Assembly: GCA_016714685.1 (NCBI GenBank)
Contig: JADKCH010000003.1
Location: forward strand, 26,815 to 90,814
Reading direction: 5' to 3'
DNA from: Candidatus Geothrix odensensis
Lineage (GTDB): Bacteria; Acidobacteriota; Holophagae; Holophagales; Holophagaceae
Length of the DNA: 64,000 nt
Shown here: positions 59,822 through 64,000 of the stretch, piece by piece
Layout of the letters: the number at the start of each line of letters is the position of its first letter
How positions within the stretch are numbered: position 1 is the stretch's first letter
Position numbers and translations under genes: made by a program
Notes under the pieces: model-generated
Seen by the model: only the letters and a program-made list of their open reading frames with translations
Database searches by the model: none
Told to the model about the DNA's origin: nothing

Positions 59822-62385
59822 CCTGGCTGTCCCGCCGCCTGGTGATCCGGGCCCTGCTGCGGGAGTGGGGCCGGGCGCTGCTCACCCTGCTCACGGTGGC
59901 CCTGGGCGTGGCGGTCTTCCTCTCCATCCGCCTGGCCAACCGCGCCGCCGTGGCCAGCTTCGAGCAGTTCACCCAGGGCGTGGGCCAGGGCTCCGACCTG
60001 GTCCTGCGGGCCGAGGCGGGCCCCCTGCAGGAGGCCCGGCTGCCGGCGATGCGGCCCCTGCTGGCCTGGGGGTGGATGCGGCCGGTGATTGAGGGCAGCT
60101 TCGCCCGGAAGGACACACTGGAGGGCTTCCAGCTCATGGGTCTGGACCTGGTGGGCCTGGGCGCCGCCGCGCCTGACACCGCCCCGGCCGCGCCGGACGC
60201 AGGCCCCAGGGATCGCACCACCGCGGACTTCTACCGAGTCATCCAGGATCCGCTGGCCGTGCTCATCTCCGCGACCCTTGCCGCCGATGGGCTGCCGCCG
60301 GGTTCGGTGTTGGAGGGCTTCGTCCAGGACCGTCCCGTGCAGCTGCGCGTGGCGGGCATCCTCCCCGATGCGCCCAACCGGCCTCGGCTGCAGCGGAACC
60401 TCCTGGTCATGGACCTGCCGGCCGCTCAGGGCCTGCTGGCCCGCGAGGGCGAGCTGGATCGCGTGGAATGGGGCCTGCGCGCCGGCGTCCGGCTGGCGGA
60501 ACTGGAAGTCCAGGCGCGGCGCCTGTTGACCCCGGGCCTCGTGCTGGAGCCCCCCGAGCAGCGGGCCGAGAGCGGCCGCACCATGACCGCCGCCTTCCGG
60601 TTCAACCTCACCATCCTGAGCCTCATCGCCCTGGCCGTGGGGGCCTACCTCCTGTTCCAGGCCTTCGACGCCTCCGTCAACCAGCGCCGCGAAACCTGGG
60701 CCACGCTGCGGGCGCTGGGCCAGCCCCCGGCGGCGCTCCTGCGGCTGGTGCTGGGCGAGGCGGCCCTGCTGGGGGTGCTGGGCAGCCTGCTGGGCCTGGG
60801 GCTGGGCTGGCTGCTGGCCCAGGGCAGCGTGCGGGCCGTGAGCCAGACCGTGAACGCCCTCTACGGGGCCAGCGCGGCCCGCAGCGCGGGGCTCCACGGG
60901 GGCGAGGCCGCCGGGGCCCTGCTCTTCGGCAGCCTGGCCTGCCTGGTGGCAGCCTGGGTGCCCGCCCGCCGCGCCGCCCGCACGCCCCCCGTGCAGCTGC
61001 TGGCGCGGGAGGGCGGTCCCCTGCCGGTGGCGACGCTCCGCCTGGGCCTCGCGGGCGGTTTCACTCTGCTGGTGGGCCTGGCCCTGGCGTATGGCATCCG
61101 CCTCGCTCCCGGCGGGGCCTGGCATGCCTACGGCGGCTCGGTGCTGGTGCTGGTGGGCGGCTCCCTCGTGGCGGTGGCGCTCCTGCCGCTGCTGGGGCTG
61201 CCGGGGCGCTCCACGCGCCAGTGGCAGCTGCGGCTGGCCCTGCGGCCCCTCCTCCGTCCCACCAGCCGCCACGGGTTCGCTGCCGCGGCGCTGGCCGTGG
61301 CCGTGGGCATGACCACGGGCATGGGGGTGATGGTGCAGAGCTTTGAGCGGACGGTGCTCGCCTGGATCGGCAGCAGCCTCCAGGCCGATCTCTATATCGC
61401 GCCGGTGGGCGCCGCCGGGGCCGCCAGCCAGCACCGCCTGAGCCCCGAGACCGCCGATGCCGTGGCCGGAGACGCCGCCGTCGCGGCCGCGGACCGCTTC
61501 CAGATGCTGCCCATCACCTTCCGCGGCCGGCCCACCTTCCTGGGAGCGGGCGACATGGCCATCCAGGCCGCGCGGGGCGGGCTGATCCTGGCGGCGGGCG
61601 GGCCCTTCCCGGCGCCTCTCCTGGCGATGCGCAGGGGCGGCGCGGCAGATCCCGGCGTGCTCGCCTCGGAGACCTTCGCCCGGCACTTCGGCGTGCGGGT
61701 GGGGGAGGCGCTCGACCTGCCCACCCCCGCGGGCACACGGCGCGTCACCGTGCGGGGCATCCTCGCCGACTATGGCAACGAGCGGGGCAGCCTGATCCTG
61801 GACCGGCCGGTCTTCCTGGCCTGGTTCCAGGATGCGCGCGTGGCGAGCCTGGCCCTGTACCTGAAGCCGGGCGAATCCGCCGAGGCCGTGGCCACGCGGC
61901 TCCGCGGACAGCATCCGGGCCTGCAGGTCCGCAGCAATGGCTCACTGCGGGCCCAGGTGACCACCATCTTCCATCAGACCTTCGCGATCACGTACGCCCT
62001 GGAAGCCATCGGCCTGGTGGTGGCGACCCTGGGCCTCGCCCAGGGGCTGACGGGGCTGGCCCTGGCCCGGCGGGGGGAGATCTGGTCCCTGCGGGCCCTC
62101 GGGGCCACGCAAGGCGACCTCACGCGCATCCTGCTGCTCGAGGGTCTGGGAGTGGCCTTGGCCGGGCTGGTGGCGGGCCTGGGGCTGGGCCTCCTGCTCT
62201 CCCGCATCCTCGTCGACGTGCTGAATCCCCAGGTCTTCGGCTGGACCCTGGGCTTCCATGTGCCCGGGGGCTTCCTGGCCCTGGTGGCCCTGGTGACCCT
62301 GGGGGCGGCGGCCCTGGCCCTGCTGCCGACGGCGCGCTGGGGCGCGCGGCTCGGGGCCGACCGGGAAGCGGAGGAGGGCGCATGA
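59818..62385 (+). CDS. FtsX/MacB-like ABC permease with duplicated domains
   Basis: Two repeats of TM, periplasmic domain and RRE..LRALG three-TM module. Confidence 0.9.
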   Translation: MTWLSRRLVIRALLREWGRALLTLLTVALGVAVFLSIRLANRAAVASFEQFTQGVGQGSDLVLRAEAGPLQEARLPAMRPLLAWGWMRPVIEGSFARKDTLEGFQLMGLDLVGLGAAAPDTAPAAPDAGPRDRTTADFYRVIQDPLAVLISATLAADGLPPGSVLEGFVQDRPVQLRVAGILPDAPNRPRLQRNLLVMDLPAAQGLLAREGELDRVEWGLRAGVRLAELEVQARRLLTPGLVLEPPEQRAESGRTMTAAFRFNLTILSLIALAVGAYLLFQAFDASVNQRRETWATLRALGQPPAALLRLVLGEAALLGVLGSLLGLGLGWLLAQGSVRAVSQTVNALYGASAARSAGLHGGEAAGALLFGSLACLVAAWVPARRAARTPPVQLLAREGGPLPVATLRLGLAGGFTLLVGLALAYGIRLAPGGAWHAYGGSVLVLVGGSLVAVALLPLLGLPGRSTRQWQLRLALRPLLRPTSRHGFAAAALAVAVGMTTGMGVMVQSFERTVLAWIGSSLQADLYIAPVGAAGAASQHRLSPETADAVAGDAAVAAADRFQMLPITFRGRPTFLGAGDMAIQAARGGLILAAGGPFPAPLLAMRRGGAADPGVLASETFARHFGVRVGEALDLPTPAGTRRVTVRGILADYGNERGSLILDRPVFLAWFQDARVASLALYLKPGESAEAVATRLRGQHPGLQVRSNGSLRAQVTTIFHQTFAITYALEAIGLVVATLGLAQGLTGLALARRGEIWSLRALGATQGDLTRILLLEGLGVALAGLVAGLGLGLLLSRILVDVLNPQVFGWTLGFHVPGGFLALVALVTLGAAALALLPTARWGARLGADREAEEGA

Positions 62386-63467
62386 GGACGCTGCTGATGG
62401 CCCTGCTCACCCTGGCGGCCCTCGCGGCCCCGCCCCCCGGGCCGGAGGCCTTCGCCATGGCGCGCCCCGGCTACGCCTTCACGTTCCCCCGCGACCACGG
62501 CAGCCACCCCGCCTTCCGCACCGAGTGGTGGTACTTCACGGGCCACCTCTGGACGGCGGATGGCACCCGCCGGTTCGGCTACCAGCTCACCTTCTTCCGC
62601 CAGGCCAGCCCGCCCTCGCCGTGGAAGGGGCTGCCGGCCTGGCGCAGCGATCAGCTCCACCTGGCCCACGCCGCCCTCACCGATGAAGCCGGCCGGCGCA
62701 TCCTGGTAGACGAACGGCTGGATCGCGCCGGACTGCTGGCGGGCGCTTCCGAAACCGGGCTGGAGGTCTTCCAGCAGGATTGGACCGTGGCACAGGACGC
62801 CTCGGGCATCCTCCAGCTCCACATGACCGTGCGGGGGGCCACCCTGGACCTCACCCTGAAGGCGACCACCCCACCGGTGATCTTCGGGGAGGACGGCGTG
62901 AGCCGGAAGGGCGCCGATCCCAGCGCCGCCAGCCACTACATCACCTTCCCCCGCCTGCAGGCCCAGGGCAGCCTCCGCCTGCCTGAAGGCGACACCCTCG
63001 CCGTCCAGGGCCTGGGCTGGATGGATCATGAATTCAGCTCCAACCAGCTTTCCCCGGACCAGGTGGGTTGGGACTGGGCGGGCATCCAGCTTCGGGATGG
63101 GCGGAGTTTCATGGTCTACCGTCTGCGGCGCGGGGATGGCAGCCAAGATCCTTTCTCCACGCTCGCGGAGGTGGATGCGCGGGGCCGTATCCGCCGGAGC
63201 ACCGGGACTTTCACGCTGGCCGCAGGCGGGTCATGGCGCAGTCCCGCCAGCGGCGCCACCTATCCGCTGCCGCTGCGGCTGGAAGCCTGGGGCGAGTCGT
63301 TCTCGCTCGTACCCATCCTGCTGGACCAGGAGCTGCGCACGGGCCGCAGCACCGGCATCACCTACTGGGAGGGCGCCTGTCGGGTGCTCGATGGCGCTGG
63401 CCGCGAAGTGGGCGAGGCCTACGTGGAGCTCACCGGCTACGCCCATTCCCTGAAGGGGCGATTCTGA
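62382..63467 (+). CDS. Secreted lipocalin-like / AttH-CrtC family protein
   Basis: Signal peptide; FPRDHGSHP.FRTEWWYFTG, WMDHEFSS, GWDW, YWEG, ELTGY. Confidence 0.88.
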   Translation: MRTLLMALLTLAALAAPPPGPEAFAMARPGYAFTFPRDHGSHPAFRTEWWYFTGHLWTADGTRRFGYQLTFFRQASPPSPWKGLPAWRSDQLHLAHAALTDEAGRRILVDERLDRAGLLAGASETGLEVFQQDWTVAQDASGILQLHMTVRGATLDLTLKATTPPVIFGEDGVSRKGADPSAASHYITFPRLQAQGSLRLPEGDTLAVQGLGWMDHEFSSNQLSPDQVGWDWAGIQLRDGRSFMVYRLRRGDGSQDPFSTLAEVDARGRIRRSTGTFTLAAGGSWRSPASGATYPLPLRLEAWGESFSLVPILLDQELRTGRSTGITYWEGACRVLDGAGREVGEAYVELTGYAHSLKGRF

Positions 63468-63542
63468 GGGAGGTCCCGGGCAGGCCCTCGGCGCGGCTGG
63501 CGGGCCGTCGACAGGCAGCACCCGAGCCGGGAGCGGCACCCC

Positions 63543-64000
63543 TCACATGGCCAGGCAGGCCTTCCACCGGGCGAAGCGCTCGGGATCATTCAGCACATGG
63601 GGATGCAGACCCCACCGTCCATCGGCGAAGATGCCCGCGGTCTTGCCTCCGCCATGGCGGGCATCCGCCAGGTGCAGCGCGGCGGACAGCGGGAAGCCCT
63701 CGCCTCCCGAGGGTGGCGCGTGGTGTTCCCGCACGGGGCGGCAGAAGGAAGGCGGCAGGCCCCAGAGGCTGAGGAGGTGCGCGCCGACCTGGGCGTGGTC
63801 CACGCCGTAGGTGTCGTGCTCAAGCACCGCCAATGGCGTGCGGCTCGTCTGCGCCTGCTCGAGGATGGCCCGGTAGCGACCCGCCGGATCCGTGGCCAGC
63901 ACCACCAGCCCGATGTCGTGCAGCAGCCCCGCGGAGAAGGCGAGGTCGGCGAGCTGTGTCTCGCCTTCGAGCACCACCAGCTTGCGGACCCCCGTGGCCA
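63543..64000 (-). CDS. HDOD domain protein, 3' part (5' end outside the window)
   Basis: AFSAGLLHDIG, E....GVDHAQVGAHLL..WGLP, HH motifs. Confidence 0.88.
   Translation of the reverse strand, partial: ATGVRKLVVLEGETQLADLAFSAGLLHDIGLVVLATDPAGRYRAILEQAQTSRTPLAVLEHDTYGVDHAQVGAHLLSLWGLPPSFCRPVREHHAPPSGGEGFPLSAALHLADARHGGGKTAGIFADGRWGLHPHVLNDPERFARWKACLAM

Overview
GC-rich bacterial chromosomal window of about 55 genes and one tRNA. It contains no transposase, integrase, prophage, CRISPR array or rRNA. Gene content resembles an anaerobic metal-reducing Acidobacteriota lineage such as Geothrix/Holophagaceae; this taxonomy is an inference and was not verified. From left to right the window holds: a TonB receptor 3' end plus a cobalamin/Fe-chelate ABC importer; an OmpA-family protein; a CPA2 antiporter; a GNAT plus nitrilase pair; two-component genes; recA; moaA; and a pheA/class II DAHP synthase operon with an unannotated Phe-rich attenuator leader. 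A redox block of about 23 kb (23.7-47 kb) follows. It holds a hemerythrin-NfnA-NfnB triple fusion, PFOR, a DHODH-like protein, three Rrf2 paralogs, a porin plus 5-heme, 5/6-heme and collagen-tethered decaheme cytochrome operon, IorAB with an ADP-forming acyl-CoA ligase, moeA and a Crp/Fnr regulator. TGTGA-N6-TCACA-like sites recur across this block. The rest contains efp (Asn34 tip), tRNA-Val, rplM-rpsI-rpsB-tsf-pyrH, a duplicated pyrH 3' end, a CHASE hybrid kinase, a GlcD-like oxidase and an ABC/lipocalin-like (AttEFGH-like) module. The best leads are the hybrid porin-cytochrome conduit, the hemerythrin-Nfn fusion and their putative shared Crp/Rrf2 regulon. Other leads are reading-frame-preserving palindromic inserts, the pheA leader, a candidate structured sRNA and the pyrH att-like scar. 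All calls were made by eye from motifs; no database searches were run.
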